64,000 bases of DNA, from assembly GCA_010093815.1 (NCBI GenBank), contig ML996566.1; one strand, written 5' to 3'. Positions 13,184-24,700 of the stretch are shown here, piece after piece. The position numbers were made by a program, and so were the translations under genes. Positions within the stretch are counted from its first letter, which is position 1. Every line of letters begins with the position of its first letter. This DNA comes from Pseudovirgaria hyperparasitica (Eukaryota). The notes beneath the pieces were generated by a model that made no database searches, had not been told where the DNA came from, and worked only from the letters and a program-made list of their open reading frames with translations.

Positions 13184-13479
13184 ACCTATGTTATAGGATG
13201 TCGTAGATTAAGGAAGTTTCTTTTAATTTTAGGTGTTACACGTCGCCGTATAGTGGTAAGATTAATACCCTAAACTATTCTCCTTTAGGTTAGCGCTATA
13301 TCTCCTAGACTTCACGACTATATAGCTAAAAATTTTAAAATCACGACACTTATCATATACATCTAGACAGAATAGATATTAGAGAAAGAGCTTAGTATTC
13401 ATCTATGTAGAAGTACAGTCGCAATATAGAGTAGTACCGCCACCACCCCAACCAACCAGCCATGTGGCGACAGTACTAT

Positions 13480-14437
13480 CTACTCAGAGAAACCCTCAAA
13501 GTCAGTATCAGCCTCAGCGTCGTTAGCACGTTCCTCCATCTCCTTTGCAAGGTCGCGAAGTTCACGGGCGCGGCGGCGCATGGCCTCAGCATCCTCAGAG
13601 TCAACAGCCCAGGCGACAGTCTGAAGATCAGACTTCTTTGCAAGACGGCGCGGCGCAACTGGCCCAGAGGTCATCTTTGCGGCAGACGACTGGCGTGAGT
13701 GGGAGGGTCCACCGGCGTGCATAGAAGCAGCAGAAGACTGACGAGAGTGCGAGGCTTTACCGGCGCGGGCAGAGGTCTCAGCTGGCTTTTCTAATTATTG
13801 GTTAGAGATCTTTGTCGTAGTATAACCAAAAGAGATATAACTTACTTTCATCAGCTACGAAGGAACAGCGCGACCACTTGCCACCCATACCACAATTAGT
13901 ACACCCACCACGACCAAATGATGCCTGGAGGCCGGAGGGGGGAATGCGGCAGGACTTGAAGTGGCGTTTGTTCTTACGACAGGTCACACATGCCTTTACG
14001 GCAACCTTGGAGCGGACATGGATGAGAGCCGGGTGCCTGAAGTGAGGGCGGCTGAGATCGACCTTATGACGCCTGGTAGATGCGACATCAAGCTGCGCCA
14101 TCATTGGGATGAACTTCTTGATCTTAGCGTCATTCCCGGCGCGGAAACGCTCCAGATTTTCAACAGTGAGGCGCGCCTTAAAGTTCTTGCGGCCATCAGC
14201 TACATAGAGTTAGATAGTCTTCTTACTACGACGGTAGGTTGACTTACGAAGGATCTCTTCATCGTACTCACTATCAATACCTTCATGGGAGCTCTCTGTC
14301 TCAGGTGAGACACAGTAGTCGTCGTCGTGGGATTTTGGTGGCTGCTTTGGAGGGCCACGACCACCACTACCGCCACTTCCACTACGACCAGGAGTGCCAG
14401 TCGCGTGGCTACCAGGTGCATAGTCAACTGTTGCCAT
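13480..14437 (-). CDS. Helitron cargo gene, 284 aa, six-cysteine DUF3716-like domain; 3 exons (14437-14248, 14199-13846, 13790-13480)
   Basis: Two GTAAGT...CTAAC...TAG introns join three ORFs in frame; C-x2-C-x9-C-x15-C-x2-C-x8-C-SF pattern; C-terminal coiled coil and acidic end. Confidence 0.75.
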
Positions 14438-14547
14438 TGTCGTAGTAGGGATTGCTTGGTATAAGGGCCTATAACTTGATATTAGCCGTGTAAGAGTAGA
14501 GGAGAAGTTGCTTTAAGGTTGAGAAAATCAGAGGTGAAGATTTTTCA

Positions 14548-14605
14548 CTGCGCCGAGCTATAGCTTCGCTGCGCCGAGCTATAGCTTTACTACGCCAAGC
14601 TATAG
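14548..14605. repeat. 21-bp tandem repeat (about 2.8 copies) containing the palindrome AGCTATAGCT, upstream of the cargo gene
   Basis: ctgcgccgagctatagcttcg / ctgcgccgagctatagcttta / ctacgccaagctatag. Confidence 0.9.
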
Positions 14606-15048
14606 TAAGAGAGTAGAGTAGGGTATAGAAGGTATAGGAATGAAGTCGTGATAGAAGGGGTAACTTACTTCGTTATTTTAATGATAAGGGCCTTCCTGGC
14701 GTAAAGTGGTGATAGTAGTAGCTAAAGGTGAGGTCGTAGAGAGATACCTTTATACTATGTAATATGAGCCCCGGATCAATACCGGCGCCACCTTTAGTCG
14801 TAGTGAATAGGATACATTTCTATTATCACTCTATTGTTCTACTAGCAATGACATCATATAGTGTTCTACCGACGGCAGAGAATTTTCTTATTGGCTACTA
14901 TTCCCTCCCTGCGACGGATAAAGACCATCTATTGGCTATCTACTTATATGTAAGGGATGAGGTTTTAGATATGTCGCCAAGAACTCACGATACTCCAGTT
15001 TAGTTATGGCCTAAGGCCGTATATATATCACGTGATATAGTCTCTTTC

Positions 15049-15099
15049 TAAGACTCCACTCCACGACACCACACTCTATAAGACTCCACTCCACGACAC
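15049..15099. repeat. Subterminal direct repeat (21 bp, period 30) in the Helitron 3' region
   Basis: taagactccactccacgacac at 15049 and 15079. Confidence 0.9.
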
Positions 15100-15138
15100 T
15101 AATACCTTTAGAACCCTAGGAAAGTAGCCTTGAATTTA

Positions 15139-15175
15139 AGGCTGCTTGCAGCCTGCCGGCCGCAGGCCACCCTAG
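15139..15175 (+). other. Helitron 3' terminal signal: overlapping hairpins plus CTAG
   Basis: AGGCTGC-tt-GCAGCCT overlaps GCCTGC-cggcc-GCAGGC, then CACC-CTAG. Confidence 0.88.
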
Positions 15176-15523
15176 TTCCAAAGGAATCATAAAAAGATGC
15201 AATGTTTTATCTAGCGCCCGCTAGCGCCCTCACCAAAATCACGTCTAAAAACTCACCTTTTGCCACATATTAAATTAACCAGGCCCTAATTCAAAAATCT
15301 GGTCCCCAGTTTTGTAGCCCTGCCTACGACGAGTATTTTCATATACTTTTTATCCTCTGCAGGGCTATACTCACGGACGAGATAGGTTTATAAGCCTCTG
15401 GTATCGCGTTTGGTAGCAGCTTGAAAATTCGCACGTCTTAGCCGTGGATTTTCCGGCGTGCCTTAGTGCCTTAGTGCCTTAAATTGAGACTGCACGCAGT
15501 CTGCCGGCCGCAGGCCACCCTAG
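15176..15523 (+). mobile_element. Non-autonomous mini-Helitron (348 bp) of the same family, head-to-tail with the large element
   Basis: About 290 bp homologous to 6764-7068 joined to a copy of the 3' terminus (…GCAGGCCACCCTAG at 15523), followed by host (TA)n. Confidence 0.9.
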
Positions 15524-15748
15524 TATATATATATATATATACAAGTCGTACACATGTACATGTATGTACACGCCACAACCAAACGCAGCGACGTCCACAC
15601 ACAATGCATCCTTTTTCTTTCTCAATCTATAACTATCCCTGAGACAATCTTACAGCACTTCTCCTATATATACATACACACACACACACATCCGCCTCCA
15701 TACACACACACATACAGACAGCCAGAAGATCTAAGCCCCGCCCCCCTT

Positions 15749-17253
15749 CTACCGCCGCCGCAAGTACCAATTAAACGCAAGCTGACTAGTCTCCATGTTA
15801 AACGGGGTGGGCACCTCCGCAATGCCGGCCCGCGCGACCGGATGGCGCAGATAGACGGCCGCGCAGACATTCTGGTTGACCTCGAGGTAGCGCGGGATGA
15901 AGGCGAAGGGGCTCATGTAGCGGCGGGGCTGCCAGGGGGTCTTGTAGGGCTTTGATTTATCGGCTGCCTGCTGCTCCTCGTGCGCGTCCTGGATGGCTTC
16001 TTGGATGGCTTGCTGGAGGTCTTGCTCTTCGGCTTCGGAGATGACGAGGTTTTGGTCGGTGGTGGTGGTGGAGGAGGTTGATTGATTGTCTGAGTTGGCG
16101 GTGGCGGAGTTGCGCGCTTTTGCGGGGGACATTTTGAGCTTGAGGGCTTCCATTTGGGCGACTAGGTCGTTGATTGTGGTGACTTGTTGGTGTTCTGCGG
16201 TCTTGCTGCTGCGGGAGAGGGTGCGGGAGACGAGTTTCTTGAAGGCGCGGATTTCTTGCTTGGTTTTGCCGGAGAGCTCTCTGGTTCGTGGGCTGGAGGC
16301 GATTTCCTTGGCGGCTGCGAGGATGGCTTTTAGGCGTTTGTGTGTGTCGGCGGGCGTGTCTGCTTCTTCTTCGTCTGCGTTCTCGGATTCGGGCTGGGTT
16401 GCGGCGGATTCAGAGGTTGTGGTTTCTGGTGATTCCTCTGCTGCTGCTTCTGCTTCGGCTCCTTCGTCTTGTTCGGTCTTTGTGGCGTTCTTGCTTCCCC
16501 GGGTCTTGAATGCTGTGACTTTTCTGCTTTTCATTCGCTGTCGTGTCCGGTGGTTGTTGACTTTCTTCGCGCCGGTCGCGAACATGACGCGGTCTGGTTC
16601 CACCTGGAACATGTCGCCCGGGTTGAGCAGGTAGCTGGGATGCCTGAACTGTGGCAGGCGTCAGTAGAATCGATGACTACGACGAATATCCACTTACGGG
16701 TTTGCCATTTACTTTAACATAGCCATGTACCACAAACTGTCTCGCTTGTCTGACACTGCTTGCAAACAACGCTCTCCAAATTGCCATATCCAGACGTCTT
16801 TCGATGGGGAAATAAGTCATCTGCATGTAAGGCGTCGTCGAATCTAGTATTTTATTGTCCTTCCGGGAATCTGAGCTTAGACCAGAGCCACGACCCATTG
16901 CTAGCTCGGAGCCGTCGTGTTTGGCCATGTATTTCGGATCCATGCTGACCACGGCCGGAAGCTTCTTGCTGAACATGCGTTGCCATTTCTTCTCGCGAAT
17001 CACCTCCCCGTGGTACGCTCGCGTCGCCTTCTTCGCAGCCCATTTCTGCTGGAAGTAGGTCCTAGAAGCTTCGTTCGCCCGTCGATTGCGGTCAAGATTG
17101 AAGAGTGTATATTTGTTCCAATCCGCTCGGATTTTCTGTTTGCAGATAATAGAGTCAGCCTTGCCAATTGAACATGAAGACAAAGAAAAGAAAACAAGAA
17201 GAACAGAGCTAGCATACCGCCGCTTTCAGGCTTCGAAACTTCTGCCGGGACAT
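15749..17253 (-). CDS. NAM9: Mitochondrial ribosomal protein uS4m; 3 exons
   Basis: [26 protein letters not shown]...[17 protein letters not shown]...[33 protein letters not shown] (S4 domain)...[14 protein letters not shown]...AFNWYLRRR. Confidence 0.93.
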
Positions 17254-17753
17254 TATTGACGGTGTTGGGGATGTGGTCGCATGGGGGCATGGGTCACGGC
17301 CAAAGGAGATGTTCTTGACAAAATCCGTAAATCAGGAAAGGCGTCCGTGCACTTTCTAGTCCACGCCAAGCTTACCGCCCGCCCGCAATTTCTTTGCGCG
17401 CGCATGCGATGGAGCGGAGCTACCTGTGCAATTATTTCTTGCGGTTTTCACTTTTGCAATCTTCGTTCACTGCATTCTCGCACACCTGTGTTCACGACAC
17501 AATAGCTGCGATTCGGACCTCTTGCTATTGAGGATCAACCATCGCCATATATATAGATTGCATGCGCCTCGCATATCTCGCAAGATTTTCGCCTCATCTG
17601 CACCCCCACCTGCATCCAATCCAAGCCTTCTTAGACCTTTCTTGACGATCAACAGCTTTCGCGACCTCCTACACCTTAACGTGCACTTTCCTACCTCCAA
17701 CTGAACGTTTCGAACAGCAAATCCCCACGTCAATCGTCGCTGCTGCTGTCGCA

Positions 17754-19162
17754 ATGGCTGATATTAAAGCTCAAGAGGCACCCCTCGCGCACACTGCAGC
17801 GGAGGCTCCTGCAAGCACGGAAAAGCCTGAGTCAACCAGTGTTGAGTCTGGCACGCAAGAGAAGGCATCAGAGGCCGCTACTGTAAAGTCGGATACGAAC
17901 GGCACTACCGATGTCAAGAGTGAGCTGTCTGAGTCATCAAAGTCATGAGTCGTCATTAACACGCTACAGCCACCTCAAACGAGGCTTCCAAACCCATTGA
18001 GGAATCAAAGAATGGCAGTGCCCCCGAAGACTCTGCTACCAATCCAGATGACGCGGATAAGCCCCAGAAGTCGGTTGAGCCTGCTGAGAACAAGGATTCC
18101 AGCAACGGCAAGCGAAAAGGTCGGCCCAACGGCAGCAAGGCAGACTTCAGCCAGCTTCCCCAATCCAGCGACCCTGACGAGATTCGCCGACAGGTCGAAT
18201 TCTACTTTTCCGATTCAAACCTTCCGCAGGACAGGTTTCTCTTCAACCGAATTGAGGGCTATAAAAACAAGCCCATCGACATCAAGGTCGTCGCAGATTT
18301 CGGCCGTATGAAGCGCTTCCAACCTTATACTGCCGTTGTCGACGCTCTGAAGGAAAGCAAGGTACTCGAGGTCATCGAAGGCGAAAAGATCCGTCGCCGG
18401 GAACCTATTGATGAAGCCTACGGAACCGAACTTTCAACCACCAACCCTGAGGGTGGTCCTGCTGGAAAGGCTGCGCAGATTTGGAGTGATAAAACTATGC
18501 CACGCAGCGTCTATGTAAAGGGCTTTGGCTCTCGGAATGAGAATGCCACGACCCAGATCGACCTTGAGAAGTTCTTCGATACATGGGGCCCGATTAGGTC
18601 CGTTCGCCTTCGTCGTGGTGGAGACAGGGGCTTCAAGGGCAGCGTCTTCGTCGAATTCGAGGATGAGAAGGCTCAGCAGGCCTTCCTTGCCCTCGACCCA
18701 AAACCGAAGTACAACGGCGCTGATCTTCTGATCAAGTCGAAGAAGCAGTACTGTGACGAGAAGGTCGAAGAGAAGATTGCGAATGGCGAGCTGGACCGGG
18801 ACGACGTCAACAAGCAGAACAAGGGCGGCAACAGAGGTGGCAGGGGTGGTAACAGAGGAGGTAACAGGGGCGGTAACAACCGCAATTCGCGAGGCAACGG
18901 GCGGGGCAATCGAGGATCCGGACGTCATGGCCGAGGCGGGGGCAGAGGCCGCGACGACAACAGGGGCTCAGGCCGAGATGGAAATGATGGCACGTCGAAG
19001 GGAAGTGAGAAGATGAATGTTGATCAGAAGGCGGCTGAGGCCAAGAGCACCACTGAGAATGGCCAGCAAAATGCTGTGGAAAAGGACACAACCAGCAAGA
19101 AGCGCTCTGCCGAGGATGACGCCGGGCCTGACGGTGAAGCCAAGAAGACAAAGAGTTCATGA
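17754..19162 (+). CDS. LHP1: La protein homolog (La motif + RRM + RGG tail); intron at about 17920-17969
   Basis: DEIRRQVEFYFSDSNLPQDRFL La motif; RSVYVKGF and FKGSVFVEF RNP motifs; C-terminal bipartite NLS-like KKR...KKTK. Confidence 0.92.
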
Positions 19163-21082
19163 GCCGTTCTACACATTCACAGAGCAATTCTTTCTCTGGG
19201 GCTTTGTAAGCATATGTTGCCATACCTGAATGCATTTACGGCGCTGGCGTTATTGGAATGTTGTGCGGGTCGGCGGTATGGATATTCCAAACCAAAAAAG
19301 TTGTTGCTCTGCGATATTGTATTGTATATAGTGTCCACCATCATAGCTCCCACTGTTGTCCAGTGGCAATCACTTACAGTATATTTGGGACATGACCACT
19401 TCCTCCAATGTCCCGTATTTTTAAGTGATGTTCGTCTTGGTCCTAGTGGAACAGTGTGAAGCGCATCTCGTTGTAATCAAGTGAGCCTACTAAATTCTAT
19501 GATCCGAGACTACGTACTACATAAATCTCATCTAAGCCACGCAGGAATCTGTATACCTGCCTCTGCGTCCGATTAACCCAAGGGTCAACTAGCGCTAGAT
19601 GGTTATTCTAGCTCCGTGAATGCAGCTTGATACGTCAGACCTCTCGACTGCTGCAGCAGGAGTCCACATCGATTGAAGACAACTTGAGCCACAAGCAGCA
19701 CGTAGCCTCTCTCGTAAGTGTCCATATTTCTATATCTCAGACGCAAAAAATGCCGTCAACAACGTCGCAAAGCCAACGGACAGGGGTCTTACTGGCTGAC
19801 GGACAAATCGGTCGACCAGTCAGAGCGCACCCCCGGTTCAACGTTCATCCGCGCCGTCCAACGACAACCACTAAGGTCCATGCTTTTGCCCATGTTTCCC
19901 AAGCCTGTGTGACCGCTCATCGCAACACGTATGGTGCCAGAGAGATCTTCATGTATGGCAGACGGACATGGAGACATGGTTTCTGTATGTGTAAACTAGA
20001 TGACAGTATAATGCATGATGCCTGGTGCGGCTTGTGTGTACTGGTTGACATCTTAACGCGTTCTTGTTGTTGCTGTTGTGACACGCCTCGGATTGTATAA
20101 CAGGACAGGTTAAGATTTCGTCTGGGTAGGAGGTAGGTCTTGCGATCGCAGGTAGGTCTTGGGTGAGTGTCATTATGACCTTTTAGACTTGGTGCTAATG
20201 TTTCTTTCAGGTCCTTGATGATCATTTGTTGACATGATGGTTGATCTGTATCCCGGTCACGACGTCGAAGGTATGTACCGTTGGCGGACTGTCCCATGGT
20301 GTCTGACTACGGCATATGTCGTGCTTTGGTACGGGCTGCATTTTATGTCGAAGGTCATGCATGGAGTAAAGTAAGAGCAGTGTATGAGATGGCGAATTGG
20401 AAAGGGGTTATGACGGTGTCTGGAGCGCAACCTATCCGTCTGGAGTTGATGTACTCCCACGAACTGGTGCGTTCATCTGGAGGACCTCGATCGTGGCAGC
20501 CGCCTCTATGGACGACTGCCCCCGATCGAGTAGAGCACTTAGGGGGCATAGCCCAGCTAAAAAGGTCTCTCGGGGGGCTCAGTCAGCGCATTGCTGCCCC
20601 CTCGCCAGTCAGAGCAGTTGGACTCGAGATGGCCAGCCGAGACATTTGTGGCACCCGCGAAACATGGCTGCCTCAGACCGGATCTACGCCCATGACCGGG
20701 CCTTACGCAGGCACTCGACACAATGCCCTTCTCGATACACAATTGTCTACATGGTCTCCATAGCACCTGAGGCCTTTCGTCAATCGGCTGAACTTGGTGC
20801 TGTGGTGCATATCTGGCAAGATCATCTGTATGGTTTGGTGGTAGGCTACAGAGATATAAGTGGTTCCTCCTCTCTTTGCGGCCGACCCACTGCCTATCTA
20901 TCGTAAGATATGATGACTGAGCGCGCTCACTGCACATGTGACTTTCCTGCGGCTTCCGGCAGGCCAGAGTTTACCCGATCGTAGCTACTTCACTCCAGCG
21001 CTCGCTCTTTCACATCATCACACTCTCATCAACCATCCAGACAATCAGCTAAGTACCCAACAACACTTTTAAAAGCTTTAAG

Positions 21083-21489
21083 ATGTCTAACAGGATGGAA
21101 GACATCGAGATGATGGCAGGTGCAGGTTATCCTGCCCTGGAGCGTCCTGCTGCGGCGGTGACGCGCCCCCAAAAATCGGTGACCTGGGGGGTCATCGAGA
21201 CAAATTTTGTCGATGAGTGGGACGAGGAGGTAAGTTCCTGCTCCTTTGAGACATCATATTCTCGATAGCCATTAGAGCTTTCTACGGTTTCTACTGCACT
21301 AGCTAACGCAATATTACAGAGGTGGGAGAGGTTGGAGTGGCAGGAGGAGGTGGTGAGTCACACCTAACGCGTACCCACGTCAACAAACAACAGTTCAGCT
21401 AACCTCAACAACAGTACGGGTATGCTCTGAGGAGAGCATTCTGGGGTTGGTTGTGTTGTGGGTGGATGTCGTGTTTGAAGTGCTGGTAA
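21083..21489 (+). CDS. Unannotated 84-aa micro-protein; 3 exons (21083-21229, 21320-21352, 21415-21489)
   Basis: Two phase-0 introns with consensus signals (GTAAGT..GCTAAC..CAG; GTGAGT..GCTAAC..CAG) give MSNRMEDIEMMAGAGYPALERPAAAVTRPQKSVTWGVIETNFVDEWDEE-RWERLEWQEEV-YGYALRRAFWGWLCCGWMSCLKCW*. Confidence 0.65.
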
Positions 21490-21506
21490 GGAGTGAGACT
21501 GGCAGG

Positions 21507-21592
21507 ATTTCCTTTGTTTAACTGCATTTCCTTTGTTCACTGCATTTCCTTTGTTTACTGCATTTCCTTTGTTCAACTGCATTTCCTTTGTC
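21507..21592. repeat. 18-19 bp tandem repeat, 5 copies of the core ATTTCCTTTGT
   Basis: (a)actgcatttcctttgtt(t/c) units; cores at 21507, 21526, 21544, 21562, 21581. Confidence 0.92.
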
Positions 21593-22566
21593 AATACCCG
21601 CTGGCCGGGTCGGATATCTTTTTGTCATATAGCTGTACATAGCGGAGTCTCAAGTCCTCTGCGCGGCCTCCTCGTGGCGACTCTGGAGACTCCAGTGACC
21701 TTTAAAGGTCCTGGTGAGCTGACAGCGCAAGAGGCATCTGTACATAGTGAGGTCATGATCACGTAGATAGAGAGAAACGTGACTTTCCCGCGTATCGCAA
21801 CGCAGTTTCTTCGGTCTTAACATTCCATATCTTACCTTGTCTCTTGAAGTGAGAGAATATTAGAGTTGAGACCATGATCCAATATTACATACCCATTGTG
21901 CTCCCCGGCTGATCTCTCTTTTGGGTAGCGACGATATGCGTGCTTGTTGTCGTCACCTTCGAAGCTATGCAGACGGCATAACACAACATCTTGTGTTCAT
22001 CTCCAGCTTTCTCGCAGTTCTTCTACCTGCCAATACCTACTTACTATGTACCCGGTACGTGGTTTCCAAGTTCTCTTCACGCCTCTCATGAAAATCTATC
22101 GCCTCCCAACACACCGCAACTTGAATTCACAAGTTAGCAATACCATACCTTCTCCTTCCAATCACACTACCATCTGATTTCGCAGGAAATGCTAACCATG
22201 CTTATACCTAGCCATCAGACCTTCACGCTGCTTCGTCTATCGCACACATCTAACTCCCTCCTTCCGATCGTACTATACTACTATCCCGCTCGCAGATCGT
22301 CCTTTATAATCTCTCTCTTACTGTAAGTTTATAATGTTGTTCTACCTGGGGTAGTAGGATAATATTTTGTCTCTGTCGACCTCATACTGTTTTGGGTACT
22401 TTACATTTGGGATATGTTTGTCATTAGTATACTACGGCTCGGTTTCTAGAGCTGGGTATAGTTAATATGTATGTTGCTGGAGTGATACACGCCTGTTTTG
22501 CTTGCTGGGTATGGTAGAAATATACTGTGGTAGTATATCATGGGCTTGTTGTGCTAGGTAGGTATA

Positions 22567-22860
22567 CTGAATATACACGCTGCTAGTACAATTTCGACCT
22601 GTGTTGCCAGCTTAATATACTACATCTATGCCTTGCTAGTACACTCTAGCTCTATTTTATCCACTAAATACATCGAAAACACACGCTGCCAGTATAGCCT
22701 TACTCTTTTTCTCCAGCTTCAAATATCGAATACACGCTCTGCAAACACATCGTCAAGCTGTTTCGTCCGCTCGATACGTCAACTTTGCACTCTTGAAACA
22801 TGAAGTTAAGCTGTTTCATTCGTCCGATACATCGAAAACACACGCTTCCAATCCACTACG
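22567..22860. repeat. Degenerate tandem repeat of about 53 bp (at least 5-6 units)
   Basis: tcgaaaacacacgc at 22673 and 22832; tcgaatacacgc at 22726; tcaactttgcac at 22779: exact 53-nt spacing. Confidence 0.7.
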
Positions 22861-23199
22861 TCGTCCTTTCACCTCTTTACAATATCCCCTCACCCTGTTT
22901 GTTACCAGACCATAAATCTCACTCAGTGCGACAACTACCGCCCAAATGTCAGCATTGTCGATACTGACAAAAAGCCAGATCTAGCCACTCAACGCGACGA
23001 TCATATGCACAACTTAGAAACCACCTCCACGCCCGACTAGCTCACCGACTGAATATCTCCCGGGCCATCCTCACGAATCCCCAAAAATCCTAAGCAAGCC
23101 ACCACCAAGCACCACTCCGATAAGACGCTCGCTGGTAGTCTGATCAGACGCTCCATCTCATTCACAAATACATGAACGCGTGTAGCCAAGACAGTAGCT

Positions 23200-24700
23200 A
23201 TGTCGAAGAGAGCTAGGAAACCATAGAGATGCTGCAGGACAGTACCCCCTCGAGGCTGTCGGTCTTTCTACTTCTCCTGGGCTGCTTCTCTATGAAGCAA
23301 CCGACTAAAATAGAGAATATGACCTTGGTTACTATGCTATATTAATGAGTCGGTAGGATCGAATGTATATCCTTTTAGGAGATTATGCTTCCATTCTATC
23401 AGCTTAATACGTTAATATCTTATGTCTCTAACAACAGACCGTGCCCCTCTTTCGCGGTTAGGTTGGCCTTGATACAACGTTTAGCATTATACTGCCATTC
23501 GATCTATAGACCGAGTGAGATTTCGCGTACAATCTGCTACGTCCTACGTATCAACATAACTTCTCTACTTCCAATTAGATCCATCTATATGACTCCGCTA
23601 GACAGAACAACGTTTCCTGAGAATCAGTGTATTCTTTTTCTGCGATAAGACATACATACGAAGGTATCGTGTAGAACTTTCAAATATCGTAATTGGCCAT
23701 GTCTCTTATTTCTCCCATGCTAGAATTCCCGGTCTATTGCCGGCGCCTTCTTATTATGTGGCTAATTCTAAGTCTCTAGAATAATCTTTTCTGGTCGATA
23801 TCGTGACCGCTACTTATGACTGGCTCTTTAGAGATATTAAAAGTGTAAGGAACTACCTCTCTTCTATCTAAGAATATCATAGAGAGTTAGAGATGAATGA
23901 GATATATCGAGAAAGATTCATGTATCGTATTGTAAGCAGGTATAAGAAGACATGTATATATATTATAGCTATAAGTATAGGTACATAGATATATATCTTA
24001 CTATCTACTCTACTCTACTACTAATAATTTGATATTATATGACTCTACTTCATCTGATTTGCTTCTTACTTAGATCCATATTCTCTAGATAGCGCTAGAT
24101 GATAATTCAAGCCTGCTAGGTCTATCGAACTTTCATATCCGACTCAATTCATCTCAACTCGATGAAGTCTCTTTATTTGAATTCTCTGAATCTAGCTCAT
24201 TGCCGCTATGAAACAGAATCTAACAGGTACCATATATGCTATGAAAAAGCGAAGTGACGTGAGCAAGACGTAGCATCTATCCACCATCTAATCGTTATAA
24301 TCTATCGACCTTAAAAACCTGGTACCCAATGTTTCATCCATGAATTATCTATTCGTGATTTATTCACAACCTTTCTTCTCGATATCCTTCGTCTCTATAT
24401 TCGTCTATCCAACTCTTTCCGCCTATACGTATATAGATTCCTCCGACATTTCATCCTACGTGACTAGAGAGACTCTCATTTCTCTCTATAACGAAGGTGA
24501 TTACACCAAGAATAGGACCTAGTAAAGGGTCATATATCACGCACTACGACGACGACGAACGTGAGGATGATAAGAACGGTATTGATTGATAGCTAAGTAC
24601 GAAAGTAGTCAAGACCCTTCCATCTATACATGACATTAACTGCATAGAAGCATAGCTACGCACACATCTATCATACCTTCCAACGATACTCTTGTACCTC
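23200..24700 (+). pseudogene. AT/TpA-rich degenerate coding relic, probably a RIP-mutated transposon or repeated gene; identity not recognised
   Basis: Conspicuous TpA richness; around 23440-23800 one frame reads protein-like apart from TAG/TAA/TGA codons compatible with CAG/CAA/CGA mutation. Confidence 0.4.

Larger units (their letters stand above)
6764..15175 (+). mobile_element. Helitron (rolling-circle transposon), full-length and autonomous-type but inactivated
   Basis: Encodes HUH Rep plus Pif1 helicase; begins TTCC after host A6763; ends with GC hairpin GCCTGC-cggcc-GCAGGC then CACC-CTAG at 15175; no TSD or TIR. Confidence 0.93.

Noticed and set aside
6764..15470. LTR retrotransposon interpretation of the approx. 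300-bp direct repeats
   Set aside because: No TG...CA ends, TSD, gag or pol; interior is RepHel and each unit ends in hairpin plus CTAG
19627..20937. Several 120-170 aa ORFs on both strands
   Set aside because: No recognisable motifs, overlapping in several frames, no convincing splice model
21507..22860. CRISPR-like reading of the 18-bp and 53-bp arrays
   Set aside because: No unique spacers between identical repeats, no cas genes, eukaryotic context
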